A stretch of DNA of 64,000 nucleotides from Octopus vulgaris (taxonomy: Eukaryota): NCBI GenBank assembly GCA_951406725.2, contig OX597819.1:54560001-54624000 (forward strand), given 5' to 3'. Made by a program: the position numbers and the translations under genes. Every line of letters starts with the position of its first letter. Within the stretch, counting starts at the first letter, position 1. Shown here in pieces: positions 13,114 through 27,001 of this stretch. The notes under the pieces are model-generated. The model saw only the letters and a list, made by a program, of their open reading frames with translations. It was not told the origin of the DNA and did no database searches.

Positions 13114-13363
13114 TTCTGTTGTGTCTGGGGAGAGTCATTCTCTTTTAGTGCCTTATTATTTAACACACTCACCGGTAAAATTTCCACTTATTTCTTATTT
13201 TTTTTATTTTCTAAAATTTGACTCTTGAGAGTCAAGAATATTGAAATGGTTGCAACGAAAATTTTAGAAAATAAAAAAAATAAGAAATAAGTGGAAATTT
13301 TACCGGTGAGTGTGTTAAAAATAAGGCGCTAAAAGAGAATGACTCTCCCCAGACACAACAGAA
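13114..13363. repeat. ~105-bp inverted repeat (foldback)
   Basis: TTCTGTTGTGTCTGGGGAGAGTCATTC...TCTAAAAT and its near-perfect reverse complement, separated by about 40 nt. Confidence 0.9.
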
Positions 13364-14306
13364 TAAGCTTCAACACACGAACTCATATAAAGAATCTTGC
13401 AAACCAAATCCAAAAACGAAATGTAAGTAAAGTGTTATGTATAAATTATGCATATATATAAGTAAAGTGTTAAAAAGTATGTTTAATCTCCTAATATAAT
13501 AATGAGTGTTGTCTTTTTATATATTTGTGTGTGTGTGTGTGTGTATATATATAAATATAAAATAGAGCCAGAGTGAGAGGGAAGGTAGGGGAGATAAATG
13601 GCAAAGAGAGCGTCGTGAGAAAGGAAGGGGTGATAGATGAATAACGAATGAAGGAGTGAAAAAGTCGATAAGCGGCGTTTGAAGAGTGAGTAAAAGAGCG
13701 GCATGTTTGCGCGCTCGTACAGTGGAAATGGGATGGTAATGTTCAACGCTGAAAATGTGTGAGTATATGTGTGTATGTGTGTGCGTGTACAAGAGAACTA
13801 TGTGAAAACTTTACATATACATGTAAAGAAAATATGAAAAATAATTCAGAACGATCCCCAAATCTAATCAGTTCGTGCCAGTCACAAGGCCAAGCATCCC
13901 TGAAAGTTTCATTCGAATCCATACAGACGTTCTTAGGATATCTTGTCTACGGACCAACAAACAAACAAACAAACACGACTGAAAACAATACCCCCCCCGC
14001 CTTCGCTAAGGTAGCGGTAATAAACAAATATTACGTCGTTAATAATTTGAAAGACTGTACACACACACACACACACAATGGTCTTCATTTCCGCCTATCA
14101 AATCCACTGTCAAGGCTTTGGTCTGTGATTGGATTGGTAACAGCTGATCTTCTCTGAGTGCATCCTTGAATGGCTGACTAGTCCAGTATTATTGTTAGTT
14201 TAGAAGTCTCTTTTATATTTCCGATTACTTTGAACAGTTGAGGACCTCTTAACATCAGACTGGTACAATAAAGTGATTTTGCTTGTGATTTCGAAGCTGG
14301 TATATC

Positions 14307-14358
<52 letters not shown>

Positions 14359-14359
14359 T

Positions 14360-16770
14360 GTGTACAGTGCTCAGGTGCACTACAACTCATCGAAAGTGTA
14401 TATATAATCAGGTGTAGTTTCGGCGGATTTCGGAAAGCATGAGGGCCTTAAAGGATGCAGTGTCATGGCAGTCAACAACTGACGTAGGCAGTTTATTCCA
14501 TGCTTCAGCAACTCTGAGCGTGAAAAAATGTTTCCGAAAGTCATGGGAGTTGTGTTGTTTTCTGACTTTGTAGGCATGTCCACGTGTGTTAGACACATGG
14601 AGATCAAAAAGGTGTTCAGTGTTGTTGTTGGTGAGGTGGTTGATAACCTTGTGGGTGTTTACCAAGTCCGTCGCCAGATGCCGGAGCTTCAGTGAATCCA
14701 TGCCCAGGGAAACAAGGCGCTCAGAATATGGTAGGTGTCTGATGGAGGGTATGCGTTTGGTTGCACGTCTCTGGACAGATTCCAGGAGGTTGTAGTGATA
14801 TTATAACGCGCGCTCGCGCACCGACCATTTGTATTTCGCGCGTGTTGGTGCCTTCACCAAGGCACAGAAAGGAAGGGCCCTCTCGCGCATGCGCGAACCA
14901 CCGGTAGCACGACCCTATTGCCTACGTAGCAGTTAGCGAGGCAAGGGGGTCGTAGAACGTTTGACCGCTAGCAGCACAGCCAATGACTTGGGACCCAGCG
15001 ATTGAAGGCGGCGGTCACGCATATATTCTCTCCGTCAGGATTAGATTCTAGCAGTCCTTTGGCCGAAGACTTTTAACCAAAATTGTTGCAGACCAACATC
15101 GTCTCCATTGTTCGACGCCATCTTGGACCCTTTCTGTTTTCATCGGCTGGACATTGTAAATATTACAATCTATGAACTTTCAGCCTTGCGCGCCCAGAAT
15201 CAAGGACATCAGATAACACACTTATTGTTATTGTTTACCAAGAAAGAGAATAAAGTAGTTATATATATATTTGTCGTCTGCGTCTTGTTGTTTCTGACTT
15301 GTAGAATTCTGGATTATTAAAGTAACGGCTAGTGAGAGATTGCTTTGTGCACCCCAAAAGTCCACGAGGATAGACACTCACACTAAGTTCGTTTCAAGGT
15401 CAATGTTCTGAGCAAGATAGGGATTCCAAACTGATGATGCGAATTCCAAGTGTGGTCGTACCATAGCTGTATACAGTTTTAAATAGATGGCTGGAGAGCG
15501 GCTAACAAAAGTCTTGCTGAGTGATGCCAAGACACCCTCGGCCTTCTTGACAATTTTAGAGATATGCTTTGTCCAACGCAAATCACTGCTGACAGTGATG
15601 CCTAGGTCACGCTCGCAAGAGGATTTCTTGATATCAGTGTTGTGGAGAGAGTATGTGGACGCAGGGTTTTTCTCCCAAAATGCATGGTGGTACACTTGTC
15701 CACAGCCAGTTTCAGTTGCCAGTCTGTGATCCATTGCTGCATTGTGTCTAGGTCTGATTGCAGGAAAGAGTTGTAGACATCAGGATCAGTCCTCTTGATT
15801 TCAAGGTACAGCTTGATGTCGTCTGCATATTTCAATACTGTGGCATTCTTTAAATTGGCATCTATGTCATTAATGTATGCCACAAACAGGAGGGGACCAA
15901 GGACAGATCCCTGTGGTACACCCGATGACATCTCATATGGTGTAGAGTGTTGTCCTAGAACTGTGACTACCTCCTTTCGGCTGAGGATGAAGGATTTCAA
16001 CCAGTTAAAAAGGTCATCCCCCACACCCATTGCAGAGAGTTTCACCATAAGCCTTTTGTGTGGCACAGAGTTGAAAGCCTTAGCAAAGTCAAGGTAGACA
16101 ACATCCACCCATGAGCCACTGTCAGTGATCTGAGTAATGTCCTCAAGGAACTCGACAAGCTGGTCACTGCAGCTGGAGTTAGGGACAAATCCATATTGTG
16201 AGGGTCGGATGAGACTGTGAGAGCTCCAGAAGTTCCAGAGTGTTTCTCTGACACACGATTCCATCAGTTTTGCAATACAGCTAGTGAGACTGACTGGGCG
16301 ATAGTTGACAGGTGATGTGCGGTCACCCTTTTTGAACAGAGGAATGACACTGGCAGTTTTCCACTGCTCCGGAGTAGCACCATTGTTGAGACAGTACTGG
16401 AAGAAAATAGAAAGCTGGTGTAAAAGGAAGTGCCTGCCACGTTTGAGAAGCAGGTATGTAACTCCATCGAGACCAGGGGAGGCATAGTTGCGCTTATTTT
16501 GAAGGTGACGTCGCAGCATTGCGGGTGTAAATTCCATAGTTGTTATGGAGTTTGCTGTTAGTGATGGTGAAGATGGTACATTTTGACTTTCAACAGTGAA
16601 TATGTTTGCATATCACTCGGCAATGAGTTCTGCGCATTCCTTGGGGTCGTCAGTGATCTGGTTTGTGTGAGGGTTGCGAAGAGGGCCCACTGGAGAGTGA
16701 GGTCTCTGCTTTGAATGCACATATTTCCAGAAAACCTTGCTGTCAGGATTGGCTGCTATGCACTGTTCTG
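14360..16770 (-). mobile_element. CR1-clade LINE (RT and 3' end), interrupted by a solo LTR
   Basis: SPGLDG, KKGD....NYRPVSL, VYLDFAKAF, SGVPQGSVLGPLLF, YADDIK, RPHLEFA..VWNP and LESVQRRATK motifs; 3' end abuts a (TAA)n tract. Confidence 0.92.
14791..15396 (+). mobile_element. Solo LTR (606 bp), probably Gypsy-type
   Basis: TG...CA termini flanked by a 4-bp duplication AGGT (14787-90 and 15397-400); internal AATAAA at 15249. Removing it restores the CR1 reading frame. Confidence 0.85.
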
Positions 16771-17439
16771 GTGGTATATCGTACACTGTGTTGGAGTGAG
16801 AGAGGAGGACATTTGTTTCCAGGCCTTCTTGGATAAAGATCGCTATTTCTCTTTGTTTTCATTGTTCTGTTGTTCGTTCTGAGTAGTACAAAACCTAACA
16901 AATGTACTTCTGCATCCAATATATCTGAGATCAGGTGCGTTTTACAAGAGCTTCAGTTCTGAGTAGTACAAAACCCAACAGATGTACTTCCGTATTCAAT
17001 ATGTCTGGGGTCAGGTGCGTTTTACAAGAGCTTCACATAATGTCTTTTCTCACCGCGCAAGGTCTCCCTTGCTGTGCAAGGTCTCTAAGATATGATACTT
17101 TTGTTCGATTTGTGAAATGTGAAAGACTTCGTACATTCGGCATTATTATTGAGTTGAGTTTGTGGGCTAATGATAACAATAGTGTAGATGTGTACAGGGG
17201 CAATAACTGGTTGGTGCTGTGTGAGAGCTAGAAGTTTTTTAATATTTCTTTTGCTAGATTCATCATGGCTAAATAAGAATTTTTTATTTATTTTGGGAGG
17301 GGTTGTTGTCTGGAGTTGGTTTGGTTGCATTTTTGAACATGGTTATAGTTATGCGGTACGAGGGAACTGTAATGTAGGGAAATAAAATACGGTTCACCCG
17401 CCTCTCGTTGTTGACTGTTCAGCTGTGCTAAGTCTGTAG

Positions 17440-17790
17440 ACCCTCTCCGGTAAAACCGGATAGCATGGCCAGTCTTCGAACCTCCGCGGCATACTCATCG
17501 ACTTGTCCCCCTGACCGTTCCCAGCTTAGCAAGCTCACCGTACGTTCCCTCCGTACAGGCTTCCCTAAAGCGCTGTTCGATCTTTGCCACGCTCAATTAG
17601 GTCTTCCTCGCCCATCTCGAGGTACAGCGCCAACTCGCTTCCCTCCAGGTACAGGGTCATGAGACCTGCTACATCGTCGATACCTTGTAGCCTGGGCACC
17701 ACCTTGATCTTTCGGATCCAAGCGACTATATTTCCTTCGCTAAAGAAAGGTCTGACGGCATCACTGCTGATTCTTATTTTCGCTACCACC
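17440..17790 (-). mobile_element. LTR-retrotransposon gag-like fragment
   Basis: VRPFFSEGNIVAWIRKIKVV.RLQGIDDVA.LM.LYLEGS.LALYLEM resembles a retrotransposon gag; bracketed by ~78-bp direct repeats. Confidence 0.55.
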
Positions 17791-19065
17791 TTGTTGAAGG
17801 GGTCAACAGGGAAAATATATTTATACACGAGAAGCAAAATAGCTTGTAGCACGAGGGAACTGTAATGCGGGGAAATAAGATATGGTTCACTTACCTCTCA
17901 TTGTTGGCTGTCCAGTTGTGCTAAGTCCAAACACGTGCTCCACCCGTCTCATCCAATATTAACCGCTGCTACTACCAATCCCTCATTCACTCCACTAACG
18001 TCCGTTCACGGCGACTGCACCAAACCGAAAGAGAACGACCCTGGTCTTGCTTCCTTCACTTTCTCTTTCCCCTTCCTGTTCTGGCCAGGCCTCTTGGCCA
18101 TTGACTTCACAGCCCTTTCCTTCCGGCTCATTTCGTCCGCACAAGTTACACGGTTTGCGCCTGTGATTTTACTATTGTACCCAGTAAATGAATTATTTCT
18201 GGGTTTCGATGAAAGTCTGGACCAACACTGCCACTATAATGGATGTTTCTACTGTGGATTTGGTGGCGGTTTAGTATCATACTTTAACTAGTGCATGGAT
18301 TCCCAGAAAGATGAGTGAAAGGATAGTCACACCTCAGACATGTTCGGAGTAGCAAAAGATTTTAGGATTTCGGGTTACATATGTAGAAGTTATTAAGCGT
18401 GATTTAGCATTTGGTAGTCGTGGTGATCTTGTAAGATGTGTGGTTTGGCGTTGGCTGGTATGGCTCGTACGAATTATTCCTCTTGTCCCAGGTAAGTGGA
18501 TGAAGCTACAGTCAGTGGGTATGCATAGTCTCTCACATTGAAAATAGCGGCATATTTTGGGGTTTTGTCTGTTCGTAATTTTACTTTGTTTACAGTTAGC
18601 AGATTTGTCATGGGGCTATCAGGTATACATTCAAACTTGAGTGAAAAGGGGTGAGGAGAGAAAGGATTGATTCTTCACTATTTGGTGTAGTAGTAGTAGT
18701 AGTGGTAAAGGTAGTAAGCAGTAGAATAGGATGACAATGGTGATGATGGGTCTCTTGTGTTTTTCTGAGAAAAATTTAAGTGGCCTGACTGTGAAGAGCT
18801 AGAGACTGTTGCTTAGTAGGTCCGCAACTGTTCCCGCGACATCCAGTACTGATCTTGTTGTTGCTATTGATTAGTTGTGGTAAGGGTTGTAGCAATTATG
18901 ATAATAATGAGGATGATGATGATGGGTCAGTTATGGTATTTCAAGGAAACGAGGAAGTGGATAGTTGAAATGTGAAGGGCTCTTGACTGAGAAGTTTAAT
19001 AGATCATCAATTGTGCTAGTATTGAGGAGTGGCCGTGGTTGTTTTGTTGTTGTTATATTGTTGTG

Positions 19066-19130
<65 letters not shown>

Positions 19131-19185
19131 TATGTATACACATACGCACACTTACACACACATACATATACATATAAATGTAGGT

Positions 19186-19293
19186 ACACAAGTGTTAAGG
19201 AATGGAGTAGATAAGATCCGGGCTACATATGTGGATAAAATCCGTAAACATATGTAATCCGGATCTTATCGACCCCATCCGTTAACTCTTGTA
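19186..19293. repeat. Imperfect hairpin / small MITE-like element
   Basis: ~45-bp arms ACAAGTGTTAAGGAATGGAGTAGATAAGATCCGG.. and ..CCGGATCTTATCGACCCCATCCGTTAACTCTTGT. Confidence 0.75.
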
Positions 19294-19332
19294 TTTTTAT
19301 TTGCATAGCAGGCAACTCTGGTTGCCTCCGTG

Positions 19333-19375
<43 letters not shown>

Positions 19376-19781
19376 TATCTATATATATTTCAGCTTATCG
19401 TACATCAATACGAAAAAATTCACAACTCTCCGCCTCAATAAACCATTATTGTTCCTGAAAGTTGTTTTCTATATTTGCTACGTATTTCTTGAAGCCAACT
19501 TTCTCCCTACATCTTGATCATCGGATCTTACATTCATATATATATACACATATGTAGTTGAAACACTCCTGTCACAACCTGGGACCTTGAAGACTGCTTT
19601 AATGCAAGAAAGTATACTAGTCCCTTAATATTTGATATTTAATATTTCATCTGTTCAATAAGACAATCAATACTTCATTTCATTTTATTATATATACTAT
19701 TTATACTATATATTCTATATTCTACATTAATATTATAAAGAATATAAATAAAACATAAAAAACAGAGTTGGAATTTCTTTG

Positions 19782-19821
<40 letters not shown>

Positions 19822-19828
<7 letters not shown>

Positions 19829-20004
19829 ATTAAGAGAAATAACCTCTATTAAGCAATTCAATAGTGAAAGACATTATCTATATTATATATTAGTGGTTTT
19901 TTGAATAATATTTATTATAGTACATTTAAATTTTACGTATTTGATATAGATAATGTCTTTCACTATTGAATTGCTTAATGGAGGTTATTTCTCTTAATTA
20001 TATA
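19822..20004. repeat. ~60-bp inverted repeat within (TA)n
   Basis: ATATAATTAAGAGAAATAACCTC...ATTATCTATAT and its reverse complement at 19944-20004. Confidence 0.85.
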
Positions 20005-20071
20005 CATATATTATATATTGTGAAATTTGATTTAGAATTACTAAATTGAAGTTTGGAATTATATTCCCTAC

Positions 20072-20125
<54 letters not shown>

Positions 20126-20140
20126 ATATATATATATATT

Positions 20141-20216
<76 letters not shown>

Positions 20217-20682
20217 TTATATACACTTTAAGTAGAAAGACGGAAGATGGAATAAACGAGAGTTTATTATTAATCATGGCAATTGCTTCGACACATCTAG
20301 CATCAATTCCTCTTGGGTGGGACACTCAACAACTGGTTCAGGAGCATCCGGTGGTGCAGATCTCTTCGGGTGATAAATAAATATAACTCGTTAAAATGAC
20401 TGTTCCGCAATGTAACTTTACGTTTTGTAGAGACAAAAGCAACCAGAAATATCATTATTTATATAGAAGATCAAAAATAAAATCACAGATGTCAAAAAGA
20501 GAAACGAGCACGCAATCCAGCGAGAAAAGTCTTAAAAATAACCGTTAACAGATATGGATGTATAAACGCCCTCGGGCAAGCTGCATAGCGCGAGTACATT
20601 CGCTCATATAAACATCCGCAAAAATGTGAGCATACGCACACGTGAGGTTTGGTGCACTCATGATTCCAAAGTGATATATATA

Positions 20683-21985
20683 TCAGGTCATCCCATAAAT
20701 ATTGTCGATTTTACCTTTTTTTAAAATTGAATGAAATTTAATAGTATTTTAGAATGTCTAATGGAATTAAAAATTATTTTTATGCATTTGTGTACATTAA
20801 AACTAATTAAATATTTTTTTTACAGAATAATAAAATTAAAATTTCTTTGATTAAAACCCTTTCTAACATAGAAGTATCCAAAGAGCATTTGAGGCACATA
20901 ATGCTTTATGAGTACAAAAAAGGAAACTCTGCTGCCGAAGCGACTCGAAACATACACTCAGTTTATGGGAAAGTATGCTTGAATGAAAGAACTTGCAAAA
21001 GATGGTTTGCAAAATTCAGAAGTGGAGATTTCAGCCTTGAAGATGAAGATCGAACTGGACGTCCAGTTGAGTTTGATGATAAGCTCCTTGAGGCATTACT
21101 TGATGAAAATCCTGCATTATCAGTTGAAGAATTGGCAATAAAGCTTAGTTCAAGCCATACAACTGTTCATCGTCATCTTCAACAACTTGGAAAGGTTCCT
21201 AAACTTGGAAAATGGGTGCCTCATGAACTGTCCGAAAGCAACCGCAAATCCCGAGTTGACATCTGCTCTTCCCTCCATTCTCGCGAACTCATTTCACCCT
21301 TTTTGGATAGACTTGTGATTGCTGACGAAAACTGGATCTTCTATCGAAATGTTAAACGTCGTAAACAGTGGATTGGTAAAAGGAAAAAGCTCAACCACAA
21401 CCGAGAAGGGAACTTCATGGGAAAAAGGTTCTTCTCTCTATCTGGTGAGATTGCAAAGGAGTAATTCACTTTGAATTGTTACCACCTAATGCAACAATCA
21501 ATACTCAAGTCTACTGTCAGCAATTAGAGCGTTTGAACCAAGCTTTGAAGAAAAAAAAAATCCGCTTTAGTGAATCGAAAAGGAGTGATGTTTCATCAGG
21601 ACAATGCGCAACCCCACACTGCAAAGATCCCATCGCAGAAGATCGAAGAGCTTGGTTGGGAAAAAGATTCCTCATCCACTTTATTCTTCCGACCAGACTA
21701 TCCTTCAGACTATCCTTCAGACTACCATTTGTTTCGTAGTTTACAGAATTATTTGGGGAACATAACTTTCGCAAGCCAAGAGGAGGCCGAATCTGACATT
21801 TCAGAGTTCTTCGCTTTGAAACCAAAAGAGTTTTACATGGATGGGATTAAAAAGCTTGTAAATAGATGGAAGGAAGTCATAGATAATCAGGGAAAGTACA
21901 TTGATGATTAAATTTCAATTAAATATAACATTTGATCACTTGTTTTCTTTATTCAAAATTCGGACAGAACTTATGGGATGACTTT
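20683..21985 (+). mobile_element. mariner (DD34D) transposon, full length, frameshifted
   Basis: ORFs 20847-21464 and 21570-21911 with an HTH, WVPHEL, ADENW, HQDNA and SDYHLF; degenerate ~28-bp TIRs (GTCATCCCATAA.../...TTATGGGATGAC). Confidence 0.93.
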
Positions 21986-23953
21986 TCAGTAATATACCTT
22001 TCTAGGGATTTTGGGGGTGTTTTCTTATTTTTTTCTTATTTTACTTCTTTGTTCTTATTTTCTAAGCCTGGGAAAGGTAAGTAGGAGGGCAATATTGAAT
22101 TTTGTACTCCAACAAAATTTTAGTGGGTGGAAGTGCACCCTCTGCACCCCTATTCCCCGACCCTTGATGACACACACAGATATGTGTAAATGTGTTTATG
22201 TATCTATGTACATATCATAAAAAATAAAGAAGGAAAGAAGGTTCGAGAGGAGTGGAAATAGAAGAGGGGGAGAGAGAGATGTGAATAGGTAAGCAATCAA
22301 TGGAAAGTTAGGATCCTTGTAGAATTTTATAATTAATATATCCAGTTTTGGAGAATAAGCTTTCTTGTATGGATACAGGGAATGAATATATCTGATTAGG
22401 TGTCCGGATATAATTCCAAGACGGGAAAGTTCTTGATTATCATTCCCTTTTCGATTGTACAAAACCCACATTTTTTTTCTGGCATTGTTGTAAAGTCTGT
22501 ACTTACTGACATTTTTTTTTTTTAGCTCATATCGAATGCTATGGATTTCTCTGTGCGAACTTCGTAGTATTTCACCTTTCGATGTTTCTGAAGTAAGAGG
22601 TGTGAGTATAAAACCTTTTATTGAACAGTCCTGCCGTCAAAGCGGTGTAGTAAGGTAAGTCGGTGAGGACGGATGGGGTTGTTTGGGGTCTGGGGTGGTC
22701 TGGGAGGAACTTGTGTGGAGGAGGAGATTCATTTGCTAGGTTGAATTTGCTGTTCATTAGTGACGGAAATATTAAGAAACTAGTGAAGTAGGGACGTGGG
22801 AATCTAACAAAGTTAGAAAATAGCGTTTAGTTAAATTAGTGGTTACATTTAAAGATAAGTAATTAGAAAGGTATTATACGCAGGTAATGGGGAAATTCTA
22901 TTTCTACTTATTAAGGATATTTGTTATCAGAGTTAGTATTTTCAGCTTCTTTATAGTACAGGAGGAGGAGATTCATTTGCTAGGTTGCATTTGCTGTTCA
23001 TTAGTGACGGAAATATTAAGAAACTAGTGAAGTAGGGACTGTCTCGTCCATTGTACTTTTTGAATTTAGCTGCGATGCTTAGTCTTATAGAAGGTTTCCT
23101 CACAATGCAGTCAAGCTCTAAAACAGTGAAGTCCAGTTTTTGTTGCCGAGAAAGTTTATGTGTTCTATATATCAGGCCTTGGAAGTGCCCCCAATGGGAT
23201 CAAAGATTATTTTCATGGCCCTATTAGAAATAGAAACATCGACTCTGTACGCAAGCCTTTTCTCGGCAACAACAATACCATCAGTAACAAAATAATAGGA
23301 GTTGATGGTCCTCACCTGGAATCATAGACAGTTCTGGATTTGTTAAAATCGCTCTTGTGCGTCCGTACGCCTTTGCTCGCGCGGCCGACACGACACCGTA
23401 GCGCGCGTCTTCCGCGGTCGACCGCGGAATTTCTTTTCTTTCCTACCGAATATCAACTACATTGTATATGGAGTTACAAAGGTATTCTAGTTATGCCACG
23501 TTTTGCATTCAGCAATCGAAAGGATGAATAATACAACCCGTACTGTGAATTCCGACTGGTTGGGATTGGATCTTCATCCACGTCGAAGGACTGTTAAAGT
23601 GCAAGCCAAATTGTACGTGACATATTGGCCCATAATCTTGGCCTGCAGTATTTGAGATGGAAGAACACAGAGGTTATCGGCAGGGATATTGGGGAAAATG
23701 TTAACTCCTGGCTAGTAGTCGTAGTCTCTTTTATGGCACAATACGAGAAGGTGGTCAGTGCTGATGTAACTTTTGACGATGTGTGGTCAGGTTGGGTTAT
23801 CATAGACATACAAATCTTTATGACCTCGTAAAAGCACTCAACAATATCGGAATTGTTTCTTGTAAAGGATGCTGAGATTCAGTGAAATTCAGTGTCCAGA
23901 GCAGGAGGCCCAGTTGCTAAAGCCATTTAAGCGTTTTCTGCCTAGTTGGTTCA

Positions 23954-24042
23954 AGAAGAAGAAGAAGAAGAAGAAGAAGAAGAAGAAGAAGAAGAAGAAG
24001 AAGAAGAAGAAGAAGAAGAAGAAGAAGAAGAAGAAGAAGAAC

Positions 24043-24076
<34 letters not shown>

Positions 24077-24118
24077 ACAACAACAACAGCAGCACCAGCA
24101 GCAGAGCAGCAGAAACAA
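23954..24118. repeat. Compound (GAA)n(CAA)n(CAG)n microsatellite
   Basis: Seen directly in the sequence. Confidence 0.95.
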
Positions 24119-25483
24119 CAATATAATCAGTAACAAAATAAAGGAAGTTGATGGTCCTCACCTGAAATCATAGACAACACTGGATTTGTTAAAATCGCTC
24201 CTGTGCCATTCTACCGAATATCAACTTCCTCGATCTCATCTGTGTTGAAGTGTTTAGTGCAAGAGTGCCATTTTTTTGTATACAGATTGTGTTTGTGTAG
24301 TTTTTGGAAGCTATTTTGAAAGGTTCTGGTCATGTTGGTAGAGTTTATCTCGCGAAAGAGGGGTGTCTACATTGTATGGATGATGCCAGAATACAGAAGG
24401 ATAAAGAGAATTCGAATGCGGTACCGATTGTTGTAGGAGAATGTGTGGTTAGATGTGACAGCAAGTTGGGCATTTGTGTAGTTAACATTATCTAAGAGGC
24501 AACACGGAGCTTTGGGATACGCCACAGATAACAGAATGTGAACTGTTGCTGCCTGAACCTGGAAGAGTAAAGGGCCGGGTTCGAAGAAGGGAAATAGGTT
24601 GTAGTGGGTTTAGAGAGTTGGTGTTTTGCTCAGGATTACGGGAATATAAGGATATTTAACTGGTGTTGATAATACAGAATGCCAAACAATTTGTCAGAAG
24701 TAAACTCCAAAAAGAGTTGTTATTTAGCTCCAGATCAACACTGCGTTAAACAGTATTTCAATAGTGACCAGCTGTTTGTTTTTTTTTTCTCTCTAGACAT
24801 TCTGTGCCTGAGACTACGTTATGCGATGTGTTCTCATTTTTAAAGTGGTTGTGTGTAAGATGGGGAAGATTTGCTTGCTACCTTTAGGAAGTCGAACTAT
24901 CATATAGAGCCCGACTCGTTGGTTCGAACCAAGAGCTATGAACATTGAAATCACCAAGGATGAGGATTTCAGACGATATTACAAGTCAAAACAAGGTGGC
25001 CAACTGGCAGAATCATCAGCACGCCGAGCATAATGCTTAGCGGCATTTCAACCGTCTTTACGTTTTGAGTTCAAATTCCGCCGAGGTCGGCTTTGCTTTC
25101 ATCCTTCAGGGATCGATAAAATAAGTACCAGTTGAACACTAGGGTCGATGTAATCGACTTATCTCCTCCCCCAAAATTGCTGACCTTGTGCCAAAATTTG
25201 AAAACGATATTACAAATGAAAGTTGTCAACCAACAAAATTAACGAAAGTAATCAATGAAGACTTCAAAAGTGTATTTTCTAGATTTTATTCTTTATAGAT
25301 AGAACTCCAGAATAAAAATAAAGAGAAGGAAAAAAAAAGAGAAAAATACATCAAATAATACGAAACGATGGTTTTTGTTCTTATCTTTGTTCGTGTTGTC
25401 CATTCCCCTGTAGGTAATTCATAAAAACATCAGTTCTGGCGAGGGACGATAATGAAGCCCACGAAGAGAAGTGAAGGTAATCA

Positions 25484-25678
25484 TCATGCTGGGAAATCGA
25501 AAAATACTTCAGCGTACGCAATGGCATGTTATAAATAAAATTTTGAAATGCGCTCCATTACAGCACGGTTTGGAACAAACTTTTTTACACCGATCCATCC
25601 AGAAATTCCACTCTCCTTGTCCTCCAGAAACAATACTCTGGTGCTGCTCCTGTACGCAGAAATGCAGATGTGGTACAC
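25484..25678 (-). pseudogene. Unknown-family terminal exon, type B, premature stop
   Basis: TTGATTTCAG acceptor; VYHICISAYRSSTRVLFLEDKESGISGWIGVKKFVPNRAVMERISKFYL*HAIAYAEVFFDFPA*; TAA at 25529-31. Confidence 0.7.
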
Positions 25679-25704
25679 CTGAAATCAATTGCATTCAAAA
25701 TCAC

Positions 25705-25990
<286 letters not shown>

Positions 25991-26539
25991 GAGTGAGAGA
26001 GCAGTGTATGCTATCAAAGTGACACTGGGGTAAAATATACGAAGCCCAATATACCCATCATGACAACCCGTCTGATAAAGGTACACCAGGCACATGCATC
26101 ACAACCATATGTGCGCGACATGGTGATCTCATATCAAGATAAACAGCACATGACCTTGCAGGTGGGGCCCTGTTAGAATTTACTTCTGGTTGAGTAGCCC
26201 ATCCCGCTCAAAAGGTCCCTGAATAAGGGTTGTTTAAGGATGTTGAAAGAACCGCCCATGTTTCCAGATGTGAATTATTCAAACCCCAAAGAATCCCTCT
26301 CATGGCTATGATGCTCCCCCACTACTTCTGCTCGTGATCAGAGATGCACATATCGTCAACCACTAAGGGACATGCTCAACTGGTTAAGGTCAAACAACTG
26401 ACAAGCAAATCTGTGGTATTGAGCAGAATATTTGCTGTAGCCCATCTTTTATACCAAGACAAAACAATGTACATGATAACACTTCCAATCAGTTAAGATC
26501 AGAAGCCAAGAGAGCCACCGCCTTGTACTGCATCAGGGC

Positions 26540-26540
<1 letters not shown>
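25991..26540. mobile_element. ~550-bp non-coding element in (TTA)n tracts; copies at 26577-26650 (fragment), 31799-32506, 32529-32873, 34690-35243, 35283-35837, 47462-48021, 60838-61391
   Basis: Shared termini GAGTGAGAGAGCAG...CTGCATCAGGGCA, high identity between copies, always flanked by (TTA)n in the same orientation. Confidence 0.9.
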
Positions 26541-26576
<36 letters not shown>

Positions 26577-26676
26577 GAGTGAGAGAGCAGTGCATGCTAT
26601 CAGAGCGACACTGGGGTAAAATATACGAAGCCCAGTATACCCATCATGACTACTACTATTATTATTATTATTATTA

Positions 26677-26791
<115 letters not shown>

Positions 26792-26932
26792 CAAAGCTAG
26801 GTAGCAATCAACCCCTTTTGCTATCATTCCCATGGCACCTATGATAAAAGGTATTGTTTTAGTCTTCAGGTTCCACATTTTGCTAATTTCTATTTCAAGA
26901 TCTGTATTATTATTATAATAATAATAATAATA

Positions 26933-26998
<66 letters not shown>

Positions 26999-27001
<3 letters not shown>

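Noticed and set aside
20847-21911. SETMAR-like host gene
   Set aside because: No SET domain; TIRs, frameshifts and a 12-nt duplication in the YSPDLAP region indicate a dead mariner.
22720-23039. ~78-bp direct repeat pair, considered as CRISPR-like or LTR
   Set aside because: Only two copies in degraded repeat DNA, eukaryotic context, and no TG..CA ends or spacer pattern.
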